A stretch of DNA of 64,000 nt from Patescibacteria group bacterium (GCA_038064495.1 JBBTSZ010000002.1:82035-146034), one strand, 5' to 3'. Shown: positions 8,878 to 17,933, counted from the first letter of the stretch. Notes: generated by a model not told the origin, from the letters alone. Numbers and translations: made by a program.

Positions 8878-9498
8878 ATGAGCGACACCACCATTATGAA
8901 TGAAACAGAAACAACGGAAGTCGTACCTGAGGTAGAAGTACTTCCGGTTGTTGAAGTTGCTCCAGAAGCAGAGGTTGCAGCTCCAGCACGCACCGCACTT
9001 CGTGGTCGCGGACGTCAGGGTGGGGGTGGTCGTGGTCCTCGTCGTGACCGAGCTCCTCGCGAACGGAGCGAGTTTGAGCAGACGACCATTGATGTTCGTC
9101 GTGTCGCTCGTGTAATGGCTGGAGGTCGTCGTTTCTCCTTCAGCGTTACCGTGGTGATTGGTGACAAGAAGGGACGTGTTGGTGTGGGTATCGGTAAGGG
9201 TGCTGACACCGCGCTTGCTATTGATAAGGCTGTTCGTGATGCGAAGAAGCATCTCATCACCGTGAAGATGACGAACGACAACTCCATCGCACATGATGTT
9301 TCCGTAAAATACGCTTCATCTATTGTTTCCATCATCCCGTCTCCAGGTCGCGGTCTCGTTGCTGGTTCTGCGATGCGTACGGTGCTTGAGTACGCTGGTG
9401 TCACGAACGTCATCGCAAAGATTTTGACTCGTACCAAAAACAAGCTCACGATTGCACGCGCAACGGTAGCTGCGCTTGGCCAAGCAGCCGCAAAATAA
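8878..9498 (+). CDS. rpsE: 30S ribosomal protein S5 (with acidic/Arg-Gly-rich N-terminal extension)
   Basis: VIGDKKGRVGVGIGKG, S5 dsRBD and C-terminal domain. Confidence 0.93.
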   Translation: MSDTTIMNETETTEVVPEVEVLPVVEVAPEAEVAAPARTALRGRGRQGGGGRGPRRDRAPRERSEFEQTTIDVRRVARVMAGGRRFSFSVTVVIGDKKGRVGVGIGKGADTALAIDKAVRDAKKHLITVKMTNDNSIAHDVSVKYASSIVSIIPSPGRGLVAGSAMRTVLEYAGVTNVIAKILTRTKNKLTIARATVAALGQAAAK

Positions 9499-9502
9499 GC
9501 AT

Positions 9503-9976
9503 ATGCAACTCAATACTCTCGCCGCAAAAACTCCCCGCATAACGACTACTCGTGTAGGTCGTGGTGGCAAGCGTGGTAAGACCTCCGGTCGTGGTACCAA
9601 AGGTCAGAACGCACGTGCTGGTCACCGCAAGCGTCCAGAGATGCGTGACCTCATTAAGAAGCTTCCAAAGCTTCGTGGTCACGGAAAAAATCGTTCTCGT
9701 ACAGTACGCATTGACCGCACGAACTATGTTCCGGTAAATCTCGCAACACTTGAGGCAACCTTTAGTGCAGGCGACGCTATCACTCCAGCAATCTTGTTCA
9801 AGAAGGGTATTGTTTCTAAACGTGCTGGACGTGTGCTTCCGGTGAAGCTTCTTGGTACTGGTACACTCACTAAGGCGCTTTCAATTTCAGGTGTGACGGC
9901 TTCAACAGCCGCACGCGCTGCTGTTGAAAAAGCTGGCGGATCTCTTACGACATCCGTTCCTTCCAATGCTCGCTAA
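9503..9976 (+). CDS. rplO: 50S ribosomal protein L15 (no L30 gene precedes it)
   Basis: MQLNTLAAKTPRITTTRVGRGGKRGKTSGRGTKGQ; start ATG 9503 inside ORF 9476..9976. Confidence 0.9.
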   Translation: MQLNTLAAKTPRITTTRVGRGGKRGKTSGRGTKGQNARAGHRKRPEMRDLIKKLPKLRGHGKNRSRTVRIDRTNYVPVNLATLEATFSAGDAITPAILFKKGIVSKRAGRVLPVKLLGTGTLTKALSISGVTASTAARAAVEKAGGSLTTSVPSNAR

Positions 9977-11240
9977 ATTTCTACACAAACTACGACTTGC
10001 TCTAAGCGACAAAGCGCTCCGTAATCGCATACTCTTTCTACTCGCCGCACTCGTACTGTTCCGCGTGCTCGCCGCGATTCCGATTACGGGTATTGACCGT
10101 GTTCGTCTTGAACAGTTTTTCCAAAATAACCAGTTTTTTGGTCTCCTCTCTGTATTCTCGGGAGGTGGATTTTCAACTCTTTCTATCGTGATGCTTGGTG
10201 TTGGTCCGTACATTACTGCAAGCATCATTATGCAGCTTGCAACGGTTGTCTTTCCGCAGGTAAAGGCGATGTATACGGATGAGGGCGAGACAGGTCGTAC
10301 CCGTTTCGTTACCTTGAGTCGTCTCCTTACGGTGCCGCTTGCGGTGCTTCAAGGTGTCGCATATCTCTCACTTCTGACCAACCAGGGCATTTTGGTGGGC
10401 CTTACCCCAACCCTGTTTGTTATTGACGTACTGCTTGTCGCAGCTGGTTCCATGCTCCTTATGTGGATTGGAGAACTCATCACCGAATTCGGTATTGGGA
10501 ATGGTGTATCGCTCATCATCTTTGCGGGCATCATTGCTAGTGTGCCTACGGGCATCTCCCAAGCACTCTTTTCTGCTACCGCGGCAAACATCCCCGCCTA
10601 CGTTGGGTTCTTTTTAATTGCACTAGCTGCAATCTTCTTTGTGGTGATGGTGTCAGAGGCTGAGCGTTCTATTCCTATTGCGTACGCTCGTCAAGTGCGC
10701 GGCGCAGCGATGCAAGGAGGTGCGGCGACCTATCTGCCCATACGTCTTCTTCAGGCGGGAGTAATTCCAATCATTTTTGCTCTTTCTCTCCTCCTACTTC
10801 CACAAATGATTATTAATGGCTTGGCTGCAGTTGGCGTAAAGGGTCTAGCCGGTGCAAGTGCCTGGTACAGTGCCTTTGCCGCAAACCCATTTGAATACGG
10901 TTTGGTCTACTTCATTCTCGTTGTTGCGTTTACCTTCCTCTATACCTCCATCACCTTTGAACCACACCGCGTTGCCGACAACCTTCAGAAGTCTGGCGCC
11001 TTCGTTCCGGGTGTTCGCCCAGGAAAAGAGACCGAGAAATACATTGGGTCTGTGGTAAACCGAGTCACCCTTCCAGGTGCTGCATTCCTTGGATTTATTG
11101 CGGTCGTTCCGTTTATTGTGCAAGGATTGACCGGCATCACCGCTATTCTTATTGGCGGCACCGCGCTTCTCATTGCAGTTACGGTACTGCTCGACCTTAT
11201 CCGAAAGGTTGATGCGCAGATCTCCCTCCGCGAATATTAG
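9966..11240 (+). CDS. secY: preprotein translocase subunit SecY
   Basis: 10 predicted TM helices, SecY-type sequence; probable start MLAKFLH overlapping rplO end (ORF from 9924). Confidence 0.9.
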   Translation: MLAKFLHKLRLALSDKALRNRILFLLAALVLFRVLAAIPITGIDRVRLEQFFQNNQFFGLLSVFSGGGFSTLSIVMLGVGPYITASIIMQLATVVFPQVKAMYTDEGETGRTRFVTLSRLLTVPLAVLQGVAYLSLLTNQGILVGLTPTLFVIDVLLVAAGSMLLMWIGELITEFGIGNGVSLIIFAGIIASVPTGISQALFSATAANIPAYVGFFLIALAAIFFVVMVSEAERSIPIAYARQVRGAAMQGGAATYLPIRLLQAGVIPIIFALSLLLLPQMIINGLAAVGVKGLAGASAWYSAFAANPFEYGLVYFILVVAFTFLYTSITFEPHRVADNLQKSGAFVPGVRPGKETEKYIGSVVNRVTLPGAAFLGFIAVVPFIVQGLTGITAILIGGTALLIAVTVLLDLIRKVDAQISLREY

Positions 11241-11293
11241 AAGCCGGCACAAGCCGGCTTCTCTCGTGATACATTTTAGAAATACTTTCATTT

Positions 11294-11866
11294 ATGACTC
11301 AACCAACAACCGTTTTCTTTATTGGCAAGCCAGGCTGCGGTAAGGGCACGCAGGCAAGACTTCTCGCGGAGAAGACTGGATGGACCATCCTTGCGTCAGG
11401 AGATCAGTTCCGAGCCATTGCTAAGGAAGACAATATTGTTGGCAGCAAAGTAAAGGAGGAAATAGATAACGGCCTTCTTGCGCCACACTGGTTTGCCATG
11501 TATCTCTATCTACGCGCCCTCTTTTCTCTCAAGAGTGACGAAAGCGTTGTGTTTGACGGATTCAATCGTAAACAAGCTGAAGCAGAACTCGTTACGGACT
11601 CTCTTGATTGGGTCGGGCGTCCCTATACCGTACTTGAGATCAACATCTCGGATGAAGAGGTGCATCGTCGTCTCGAAGGTCGCAAGGGTGTTGAGGGCCG
11701 GGCTGACGATCATGCGGTTACGAAGCGTCTAGAAGAATATGACGCATACACTACCAAAGCACTCACACTGTTCCGCGATCGTGGAAACCTGACAGTAATA
11801 AATGGTGAACAGACACCAGAACAAGTGGCGAAAGACATTGCGACAGCGCTTAATCTTCCTGCATAG
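11294..11866 (+). CDS. adk: adenylate kinase (short form, no zinc LID)
   Basis: P-loop FIGKPGCGKGTQA at N-terminus, 190 aa. Confidence 0.85.
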   Translation: MTQPTTVFFIGKPGCGKGTQARLLAEKTGWTILASGDQFRAIAKEDNIVGSKVKEEIDNGLLAPHWFAMYLYLRALFSLKSDESVVFDGFNRKQAEAELVTDSLDWVGRPYTVLEINISDEEVHRRLEGRKGVEGRADDHAVTKRLEEYDAYTTKALTLFRDRGNLTVINGEQTPEQVAKDIATALNLPA

Positions 11867-11869
11867 GCA

Positions 11870-12649
11870 ATGATTGCTAAGTCACCAGAGAGCAGAGAAA
11901 AGATTACTGAGGCGGGACGTCGTCTCGGCGTAATTCTTGAGAAACTCGCGGGTCAGGTTGCCCCGGGTGTCTCTACAAAGGGACTTGAAGACGAAGCGCT
12001 TCGGCTCATCCTTGAGGGAGGTGACAAGCCAGCCTTTCTTGATTACATCCCGGAAGGTGCCCCGCGCCCATATCCAGCAGCACTATGTGTTTCCGTGAAT
12101 GATGAAGTGGTGCATGGTATTCCAAATGAAAACCCACGTACGTTGAAAGTGGGCGATATCGTCGCACTTGATCTCGGTCTCATTCACGAAGGGTATGTCG
12201 TAGACTCAGCACTCACCGTGCCAGTCGGGAAGGTAGACCCAGTGGCATATTCTCTCATGGACGCCACCCGAGCATCCCTTGAACGAGCCATAGAAGCAGC
12301 AAAGGTAGGTAACCGCATTGGTGACATTTCACACGCAACTGGCGAGGCATTCCGCGATACCGGCTTTTCTGTCGTGCGAGTGCTTGGTGGTCATGGTGTT
12401 GGTTCGGCAGTACATGAGGAACCGTTTATTGCGAACTTCGGCCACCCTGGAACGGGTCCTGAGATAGTGGAGGGCATGGTGCTTGCTCTAGAGCCAATCG
12501 CAAACGAAGGCAAAGCATCCGTCATTCTTGCAAGTGACGGCTACACGTATAGAACCAAGGACGGCTCTCGTAGTGCTCACTTTGAGCACACTATTATTGT
12601 TGAGAAAGAAGGCGCTCGCGTGATTACGCGCCGTCCAAGCGAGCAGTAG
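11870..12649 (+). CDS. map: methionine aminopeptidase type I
   Basis: HGIP, D..LD, GHGVG..HE, EP metal-binding motifs. Confidence 0.9.
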   Translation: MIAKSPESREKITEAGRRLGVILEKLAGQVAPGVSTKGLEDEALRLILEGGDKPAFLDYIPEGAPRPYPAALCVSVNDEVVHGIPNENPRTLKVGDIVALDLGLIHEGYVVDSALTVPVGKVDPVAYSLMDATRASLERAIEAAKVGNRIGDISHATGEAFRDTGFSVVRVLGGHGVGSAVHEEPFIANFGHPGTGPEIVEGMVLALEPIANEGKASVILASDGYTYRTKDGSRSAHFEHTIIVEKEGARVITRRPSEQ

Positions 12650-12714
12650 CGCGACCGCTTCTTTTCCTCTATACTCCAGTTATATAAGCGCCACAGGGCG
12701 ATTTTTTACAACGT

Positions 12715-13323
12715 ATGGCAATTCCTCATCCCAAGAAAGAACGCAGTTTTGTGATTATCAAACCGGACGGCGTACAACGCTCTCTTATTGGAGAAGTCAT
12801 TAAACGTTTTGAACGAACTGGTCTCAAACTAGTAGGACTCAAACTCACCGTGCTTGATAGCGACCGTATCTGGAAGCACTACAACAAGGACGACGAATGG
12901 TACACGAAAAAGGGTGCAAAGATTGCAGAGGACCGTGCTGCTGCAGGACTCTCAGCCGAAAAAGAACCGATTGAATACGGAAAAGATATCATTCGTGCAC
13001 TTGAAAAGTACATGACGACCGGACCAGTGGTGATGATGGTATGGGAGGGAACGTCTGCTGTTGGTGTCATCACCAAGCTCGTTGGGGGAACTGAACCAGC
13101 AACATCTGACGTCGGTACGATTCGTGGAGACTTCACCATAGATTCCTACAATATCGCTGCTATTGATGATCGAGCTGTACGTAACCTCATTCACTGCTCT
13201 GATACGCCAGAAAATGCTGAGACCGAAATCAAGCTCTGGTTCCCTGAGAATGAGTTGATTGGCTATAGACTCATTGGCGACGAGATTCTCTATGATATTA
13301 ATCTCGACGGCATCTTGGAATAA
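12715..13323 (+). CDS. ndk: nucleoside diphosphate kinase (with about 50-aa internal insertion)
   Basis: FVIIKPDGVQR, GTIRGDF, NLIHCSD (active His) ; 202 aa vs about 140 typical. Confidence 0.85.
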   Translation: MAIPHPKKERSFVIIKPDGVQRSLIGEVIKRFERTGLKLVGLKLTVLDSDRIWKHYNKDDEWYTKKGAKIAEDRAAAGLSAEKEPIEYGKDIIRALEKYMTTGPVVMMVWEGTSAVGVITKLVGGTEPATSDVGTIRGDFTIDSYNIAAIDDRAVRNLIHCSDTPENAETEIKLWFPENELIGYRLIGDEILYDINLDGILE

Positions 13324-13513
13324 AAAACGTTCGAGACTTGTGACACCAGAAAGCCTGGAGGTATACTAGCGACAGGCCATCTCCAAAAACGCAACTTGCT
13401 CATTTCTCGGGAGCCCAATATTCACGTGTCACTCTGAGCATTCTACGTTCAAACCGATGCGATGAGGGCACCCACGTGGCATCAAAAAGTTGCCACACGG
13501 GGATGGCGTACAG

Positions 13514-13545
13514 AAAAACCAGTCTCGAAAGAGACTGGTTTTTCT
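13514..13545 (+). terminator. rho-independent terminator
   Basis: ACCAGTCTC-GAAA-GAGACTGGTTTTT; followed by second perfect 12-bp hairpin 13548-13581. Confidence 0.55.
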
Positions 13546-13596
13546 CGCGCCACCACACCACCATGTGTTGGTGTGGTGGCGTGATAGCATAGAAAA

Positions 13597-14982
13597 ATGT
13601 TGAAACTCACGTTTGTCGGTGGTGCAAACACCGTCACTGGTTCTAATTTCTTAGTGGAGAATGAGAAAGGAAGAATACTGGTGGATTGCGGACTTGAACA
13701 GGGAAGGGACTTTGTAGAGGAGGAAATGTACGCACCCTTTCCGTACGATGTGCCCTCCATTGACGCACTCGTCATCACGCACGCACATCTGGACCATATC
13801 GGTCGGTGTCCGAAACTCATGCGGGAAGGGTTCAAAGGGAAGGTCTACGCCACACCACCTACAAAAGACCTCATGGACGTCATGCTCTATGACAGTGTGA
13901 ACATTCTGACGCAGGAGGCAAAGAAGCACGGTCTTGCTCCGATGTATGACGAGGACGATATTAGAGCCTTCATGGCCCGCGTGGAGCCACTGGATTACCA
14001 CACCGAAAAAGAAGTCGCTCCTGGTCTCTCCATCTTCCTCCGGCATACCGGCCACATTCTCGGTTCCTGTAGCGTGCGCGTACGTGATGAAGATGGCGCA
14101 TCCGTCGCACTCACGGGAGATATTGGCGCGAAGTCCCCGTACCTTGAGCCGTGGGAACCGATTCCTGACGCAGATGTGCTCGTTATGGAGAGTGTCTATG
14201 GAGACCGACTGCACCCGCATTTAGATAATCGGATTCCACAACTGCGCGACACGCTGAGGCGTGCCATAGCACGTGGGGGAGTCATTCTGATGCCGGCGTT
14301 TTCTCTTGAGCGCTCCCAACTCATGCTCTATGAGATTTCAAACCTCATGAGTGCGGGCGAGATTCCGAAGATTCCCGTATTCCTGGATTCTCCACTCGCG
14401 ATTTCTGCCACGCGTGTGTATGAGAAGTGGGGAGACGAGTATTTTAATAAGGACGCACAGGCAGAGATACAACGTGAGCACAGTATTTTCAAATTCCCGT
14501 TTCTTACCATGACCGAGTCTCGTGATGAGTCTCGTGAAATTGAAAGTACGCAAAATCCAAAGATGATTATGGCAGGCGCCGGCATGAGTCATGGCGGACG
14601 CATCGGGCGCTGGGAGCAGGCATTTCTTCCTGATAGGAACACGACGCTCCTGATTGTGGGCTATCAAGCACCAGGAAGCCCCGGCAGGCGTCTTCAGGAC
14701 GGGTCACCGAGCGTAAAGATTGATGGACGTGACGTCTCAGTTCGCGCGACGGTAGAGACTCTTTCATCCTGGTCAGCGCATGCAGACCGTGATGAACTCC
14801 TCAACTTTGCGCAGAGTGCTCTGCCACACACAAAGACTATCTTCACCGCGCTCGGTGAACCCTCAAGTCAGCGTTTTCTTGCCCAGCGTATCCACGACTA
14901 TCTCGGCGGGAATGCCGTTGTGCCTTCGGCAGGGCAGGTGTGGGAAATTACGAAGGAAGGCGCTCGAAAGCCCAAGTATTGA
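13597..14982 (+). CDS. MBL-fold beta-CASP ribonuclease (CPSF/Ysh1-like)
   Basis: HAHLDHIG motif, beta-CASP middle region, C-terminal SAHADRDEL motif. Confidence 0.8.
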   Translation: MLKLTFVGGANTVTGSNFLVENEKGRILVDCGLEQGRDFVEEEMYAPFPYDVPSIDALVITHAHLDHIGRCPKLMREGFKGKVYATPPTKDLMDVMLYDSVNILTQEAKKHGLAPMYDEDDIRAFMARVEPLDYHTEKEVAPGLSIFLRHTGHILGSCSVRVRDEDGASVALTGDIGAKSPYLEPWEPIPDADVLVMESVYGDRLHPHLDNRIPQLRDTLRRAIARGGVILMPAFSLERSQLMLYEISNLMSAGEIPKIPVFLDSPLAISATRVYEKWGDEYFNKDAQAEIQREHSIFKFPFLTMTESRDESREIESTQNPKMIMAGAGMSHGGRIGRWEQAFLPDRNTTLLIVGYQAPGSPGRRLQDGSPSVKIDGRDVSVRATVETLSSWSAHADRDELLNFAQSALPHTKTIFTALGEPSSQRFLAQRIHDYLGGNAVVPSAGQVWEITKEGARKPKY

Positions 14983-15042
14983 CAGATACTCAGATTTTAA
15001 GTATAAAGCCCTCCAGGTACAACCTGTACATGGGAGGAATGA

Positions 15043-15534
15043 ATGCTCAAACACATCCTTATTACGACAGTGCTTGCTGTCGTAGCGTTTGCAACACCGT
15101 CACACGCAGCTGAAAATCAGCCAGCGGAGACTATTCTGGCACTCGACTACAGCCTTCAGCCGGGCAATGAAAATCAGGTGGGAGAAGCCACAGTGCCAAC
15201 CACGGAAACCCAGCCCTTGAAGGTAAAACACAAGGAGCCGAGCTGGAAGGAAATCAAACGGCTTGAAATCATATATCAGGTTCTGAACGCGATTGATGCG
15301 GTACAGACGGTCCATTGTCTCTCAATGAGCACCTGCCACGAGGCCAACCCGCTTCTCGGTCGGCATCCAAGCACATTCAAGCTCATCGCCATCAAGGCCG
15401 GTGGAGGCGCACTTCACTATCTGGCGATGCGTCGGACGTTCAAGCAAAATCCGCGAACAGCCAGGCTCGCTGAATACATCTCAATTGGGTTTCAAGGGGC
15501 CGTCGTAGGTGCAAACATGCGCATCTTCTTCTGA
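15043..15534 (+). CDS. secreted hypothetical protein (signal peptide, SD-led)
   Basis: N-terminal signal peptide ...AFATPSHAAEN; GGGAGG SD 5 nt upstream. Confidence 0.5.
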   Translation: MLKHILITTVLAVVAFATPSHAAENQPAETILALDYSLQPGNENQVGEATVPTTETQPLKVKHKEPSWKEIKRLEIIYQVLNAIDAVQTVHCLSMSTCHEANPLLGRHPSTFKLIAIKAGGGALHYLAMRRTFKQNPRTARLAEYISIGFQGAVVGANMRIFF

Positions 15535-15560
15535 AGCCGTCATGACAAAACAATCTACTC

Positions 15561-15591
15561 ATCCCGCGCCTATGGCGCGGGATTCTTTTTT
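15561..15591 (+). terminator. rho-independent terminator
   Basis: ATCCCGCGCC-TATG-GCGCGGGAT then TTTTTT. Confidence 0.6.
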
Positions 15592-15610
15592 GTATATAGC
15601 CTTATATAAG

Positions 15611-15638
15611 AAAAGCCCCGCTGATGCGGGGCTTTTCT
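15611..15638 (-). terminator. terminator for rplT operon (bidirectional hairpin)
   Basis: AAAAGCCCCG-CTGAT-GCGGGGCTTTT. Confidence 0.6.
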
Positions 15639-15989
15639 TTACTTTGCGACTTGCTCAGCAATCCGGGTGAAAATCTCAGGGTGCTCACTTGCAAACTCAG
15701 AGAGGACTTTGCGATCAAGCTGGATATCCTTCTTCTTCATGAGAGCGATGAAGGTGCTGTAGGACTTCATGCCACCCTCACGGATAGCTGCGTTCAAGCG
15801 GATAATCCACATTGAGCGGTAGTCATTCTTCTTGTCACGACGATGCGCAAAAGCATTCTTACCAGCGTGGACGAGAGACTCCTTTGCAAGACGGACCTTC
15901 GTGGAGCGTCCATGACGAAAGCCCTTCGCGCGAACCAAAATGTTGCGACGGCGTTTTGCTGATGTGACTCCTCCTTTTACTCGTGACAT
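15639..15989 (-). CDS. rplT: 50S ribosomal protein L20
   Basis: MSRVKGGVTSAKRRRNIL..AKGFRG. Confidence 0.93.
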   Translation of the reverse strand: MSRVKGGVTSAKRRRNILVRAKGFRHGRSTKVRLAKESLVHAGKNAFAHRRDKKNDYRSMWIIRLNAAIREGGMKSYSTFIALMKKKDIQLDRKVLSEFASEHPEIFTRIAEQVAK

Positions 15990-16017
15990 ACCGGTTTAAT
16001 TACGTACTGAAATAAAG

Positions 16018-16224
16018 TTACCCGTTGTGAGGCGCTGCAGGAGAGCCTGGAAGGAAGCGGCGACGTACATCGTTGGTGACGATGAGTGACTGCGCGCGAC
16101 CCTTCACGGTCTTGGTGCGTCCACGCTCTTTCGCATTGAAATGGTCCTGGCCGCTCTTGCGTACGACAAGCTTCCCCGTACGGGTTACACGAATTCTTTT
16201 GCTGAATGATTTATTTGTTTTCAT
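16018..16224 (-). CDS. rpmI: 50S ribosomal protein L35
   Basis: MKTNKSFSKRIRVTRTGKL..; start chosen within ORF 16018..16257. Confidence 0.85.
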   Translation of the reverse strand: MKTNKSFSKRIRVTRTGKLVVRKSGQDHFNAKERGRTKTVKGRAQSLIVTNDVRRRFLPGSPAAPHNG

Positions 16225-16783
16225 CTTGTGTTGGTTCGGAATCGACTTTCTTTGCACCTGGTGCTGCTTTCGGATCGCGCTCGAGGATGCCGGCGAAGCC
16301 CTTTGGAGACCTCGTAACCGGTTCTGCGATGCGATACGCGTACGGTATGAGCATGATGAACTTCTCGAGCCGGGTTTTGAGGAAGGCTTCTTCCATGCCC
16401 TTATACCGGCCTTTGAGGAAGAGTTCGGCGCGTACTCGGTGGCCTTCAGCGAGCCATTCGGCTGCTTTCTTGGCTTTGAGCCGCATATCGTTCTCTCCAG
16501 TACCCACCTTTATCTGGACTTCTTTGGTCTCTGAGACCTTAGCCTTCGATCGGGCGACACTTTCTCTCTTCTTCTGCTCGTACTGAAACTTACCATAATC
16601 CATCACTTTCGCAACCGGCGGGACCGCATTCGGCGAGATCTCAATAAGGTCTAAACCGGCCGTTTCTGCGGCTTTCAAGGCCTCAGATAAGGAAATAACG
16701 CCCAGGTTTCCACCATCGGCGCCTATGACACGGAGTTCGCGTGCAGTTATCTCACGGTTTATGCGGGTTCGTTCAGTACTCAA
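16211..16783 (-). CDS. infC: translation initiation factor IF-3 (apparent TTG start)
   Basis: INREITARELRVIGADG, IF3 N and C domains; first codon of ORF is TTG. Confidence 0.9.
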   Translation of the reverse strand: MSTERTRINREITARELRVIGADGGNLGVISLSEALKAAETAGLDLIEISPNAVPPVAKVMDYGKFQYEQKKRESVARSKAKVSETKEVQIKVGTGENDMRLKAKKAAEWLAEGHRVRAELFLKGRYKGMEEAFLKTRLEKFIMLIPYAYRIAEPVTRSPKGFAGILERDPKAAPGAKKVDSEPTQDENK

Positions 16784-16870
16784 GGGTTTATCAGGTTATT
16801 TTACCAGTAAATCTAGAAAAAGCGAGCAAAAGCTCGCTTTTTCACTACTATCCACTCTGGCTCGGTTTCT

Positions 16871-17494
16871 CTAGAATCCGAGGTCCTCTTCCACAAAGAG
16901 GACGTGCACCTTGCGACCCATGCCAGGGTTCTCCTTATGCAGTATCAGGGTTTTTGCGTGGGTAGTACCGAATCCATACACCTCCTTCATGCGTACCTCT
17001 TCAAGGGGAACGATGTGAGAATCAATCCGGTCAAATGCCTCGGTAAGCGTCGGGACCAGTTTCTTCGTAGAAACAACGAGTACGAGATTAGGTGACGTAA
17101 AGGCAAGATGGGGAAGCTGACTACCTGTGTTTGAAGCAACGACAACTTCACCTTTCTCAGTAATGACGTGTGCACTGCCGATATAAAAATCAGATACGAC
17201 AGAATATTTTCGCAATTCAGCCTGCTTTTCAGTATCGGTCTCTTTCAAAATCTCCTCATGCAGATTCTTCCAGCCATGGTCTCCGGCTTTCAGATACTCA
17301 ATGTAGCCAATTTGTTCAAGCGTCTTTGACGCACCATTCATTACCGAGGAACCAGCGGGAATAAGCTCCTTCACACGAGCAAGCGCAGCTTCCTTGGTGG
17401 CGAGTACCTCAGGAAGGAAATTATTGTTGGTAAGTGCCGTTACAGTGGTAGCCAATTCTTCCTTGGTGGCGAGTGCTGTATGGTCTGTAGTCAT
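16871..17494 (-). CDS. LUD domain (LutC/YkgG-like, DUF162) protein
   Basis: 207 aa with LUD-domain-like pattern; family by recall. Confidence 0.55.
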   Translation of the reverse strand: MTTDHTALATKEELATTVTALTNNNFLPEVLATKEAALARVKELIPAGSSVMNGASKTLEQIGYIEYLKAGDHGWKNLHEEILKETDTEKQAELRKYSVVSDFYIGSAHVITEKGEVVVASNTGSQLPHLAFTSPNLVLVVSTKKLVPTLTEAFDRIDSHIVPLEEVRMKEVYGFGTTHAKTLILHKENPGMGRKVHVLFVEEDLGF

Positions 17495-17530
17495 AGATAT
17501 ATACGGTTAGCGAGATATGACTACAGTATA

Positions 17531-17560
17531 ATGTAAAGTACTTTACTTTGTAAAGTACAC
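17531..17560. promoter_or_regulatory. palindromic operator candidate GTAAAGTACTTTAC plus repeat TGTAAAGTAC
   Basis: perfect 14-nt palindrome and overlapping direct repeats in divergent intergenic region. Confidence 0.4.
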
Positions 17561-17591
17561 AGAAGGCCGAGCGCGGTGTAGAATAGGGGGT

Positions 17592-17885
17592 ATGAAGCCT
17601 GATATGAAATCATGCGACGCCATGGAGCGTACAGCGCAGATTCTCTCTGATACGTGGACGATGCTTATCATGCATGCCTTAAACGAAGGCGAGAAGCGAT
17701 TTTGTGAGCTTGAGCGGGAACTTTCAGGGATTTCCACTCGTACGCTCATCAATAAACTTCGCAAACTTGAAGAGGAAAAGTTAGTTAAGAAGACACTGGA
17801 AGGTCACTATCAAGCAACCGAAAAAGGGAAGGGACTCAAAGTGATAGAGAAGGCGATGCGTACCTACGGAGAAAAGTACTTGTAA
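17592..17885 (+). CDS. HxlR-family winged-helix transcriptional regulator
   Basis: 97 aa; MERTAQILSDTWTMLIMHAL..GEKRFCELEREL..ISTRTL.NKLRKLEEEKLV pattern of HxlR/MarR-like HTH. Confidence 0.7.
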   Translation: MKPDMKSCDAMERTAQILSDTWTMLIMHALNEGEKRFCELERELSGISTRTLINKLRKLEEEKLVKKTLEGHYQATEKGKGLKVIEKAMRTYGEKYL

Positions 17886-17933
17886 CGTTCGTATCGCACA
17901 AAAGTAGAGAAACTAAATGCTAGACTGAAGTGT

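Noticed and set aside
9924-9965. Upstream extension of secY (MKKLADLLRHPFLP)
   Set aside because: Would overlap rplO by 53 nt in a different frame; the MLAKFLH start at 9966 gives a typical SecY N-terminus.
13482-13835. 117-aa minus-strand ORF overlapping the start of the beta-CASP RNase gene and the upstream hairpins
   Set aside because: Overlaps terminator hairpins and a well-supported plus-strand gene; no start context.
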